Assembly (NCBI GenBank): GCA_965213675.1
Contig: OZ243916.1
Location: forward strand, 768,001-832,000
Source: an uncultured Candidatus Binatia bacterium
Lineage (GTDB): Bacteria; Desulfobacterota; Binatia; UBA9968; JAJDTQ01
Direction: 5' to 3'
Length of the DNA: 64,000 bases
The notes under the pieces are model-generated. The model saw only the letters and a program-made list of their open reading frames with translations, was not told the DNA's origin and ran no database searches. Each line of letters begins with the position of its first letter. The first letter of the stretch is position 1. Below are positions 63,298 to 64,000 of the stretch, piece by piece. The translations under genes and the position numbers were made by a program.

Positions 63298-64000
63298 ATG
63301 AAGACCCGAAATCTGCTGTTGCTTTCTTCGTTCGCGCTGTCCCTGGCCGGTGTATCGGCCATCGCGCCCGCCTTCGCGCAGGAATGTCCGCGCCCGGCCG
63401 GTTTGCCCGAGAACGTTCTCGAAACGCCGGGCGTTACGGCGGCTGAGGCGGCGGCGGATGGCGAGAGTCTCCGCGCATTCGCGCTGGCGGGTAGAGATTA
63501 TTTCAACTCCCTCACGACGCCTCAGGGCTTTGCTTATTCCGGGTGCCTCATCAGGAATGAAGGACCCTGGAAGTCCGGCTCCACCTACATCGCCGCCCTG
63601 ACGGCCAACGGCCGGGTGATTTTGAACGGGAAGGACATGTCGACGGGGGGCAGGCCGCTCAGGCAGGACATTCATGGGGGTATCCTCAGCGCGCTGGGAA
63701 TCGACATCAGGGGTGACATACCTGCCCAACTGGGCCAAGTGTCCGCAAATGGCGCTTACCCGAACCCGGACGGCGGACCCGTGTCGGGAGTCGGTGGCTA
63801 CGCCGTCGGGTATGGCGGCTCCTTCGCCTACATCCTGCTCGCAGGCGTGGGTCTTCAGGAAGCCCACTTCGCGCCGGAGACCGCCGACCCCGGCGACCCG
63901 GAGGTGAGCGCCGACGAAGTGGTGGACCGCGCAACGCTCAAGCGATTCGTGAACGGAGCGATAGACTACCTCCGGGAGCTCAGCGAAATGAACCCCACCG
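63298..64000 (+). CDS. Secreted Cache-like domain protein (partial; absent from the ORF track)
   Basis: GAGG RBS, signal peptide MKTRNLLLL...AFA-Q, GPWKSGSTYI, A.EVVDRATLKRFV..A; open to the window end. Confidence 0.75.
   Translation, partial: MKTRNLLLLSSFALSLAGVSAIAPAFAQECPRPAGLPENVLETPGVTAAEAAADGESLRAFALAGRDYFNSLTTPQGFAYSGCLIRNEGPWKSGSTYIAALTANGRVILNGKDMSTGGRPLRQDIHGGILSALGIDIRGDIPAQLGQVSANGAYPNPDGGPVSGVGGYAVGYGGSFAYILLAGVGLQEAHFAPETADPGDPEVSADEVVDRATLKRFVNGAIDYLRELSEMNPT

Overview
High-GC bacterial chromosome segment. The gene content is compatible with a Deltaproteobacteria-like, possibly host-associated lineage (inference only). Bases 1-17.8 kb are a co-oriented + strand core block (ugd end, lepA, lepB, carAB, recG, alaC-like, hom, miaB and others). 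It ends at a 28-bp dif-like XerCD site (18081-18108), after which genes switch to the - strand, so this is probably the replication terminus. The top finding is a sulfide:quinone oxidoreductase-family gene, upstream of a persulfide dioxygenase-rhodanese fusion, whose apparent TGA stop sits at the position of the C-terminal catalytic Cys. That TGA is followed by a SECIS-like hairpin and 53 more in-frame codons encoding the typical SQR C-terminus, making it a candidate selenocysteine SQR. The 25-42.7 kb region is a decayed island bounded by an integrase relic and an IS3 relic. It carries a giant frameshifted autotransporter behind a (GATCCGGC)45 tract, Calx-beta proteins, two paralogous secreted proteins built from an unrecognised 6-Cys repeat, and a MacAB-TolC-like exporter with a PAS-fused adaptor. 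The remainder holds ABC transporters, catabolic enzymes (XDH-family Mo subunit, LLM, UbiD), tRNA-Arg(CCT), MITEs and REP-like repeats.
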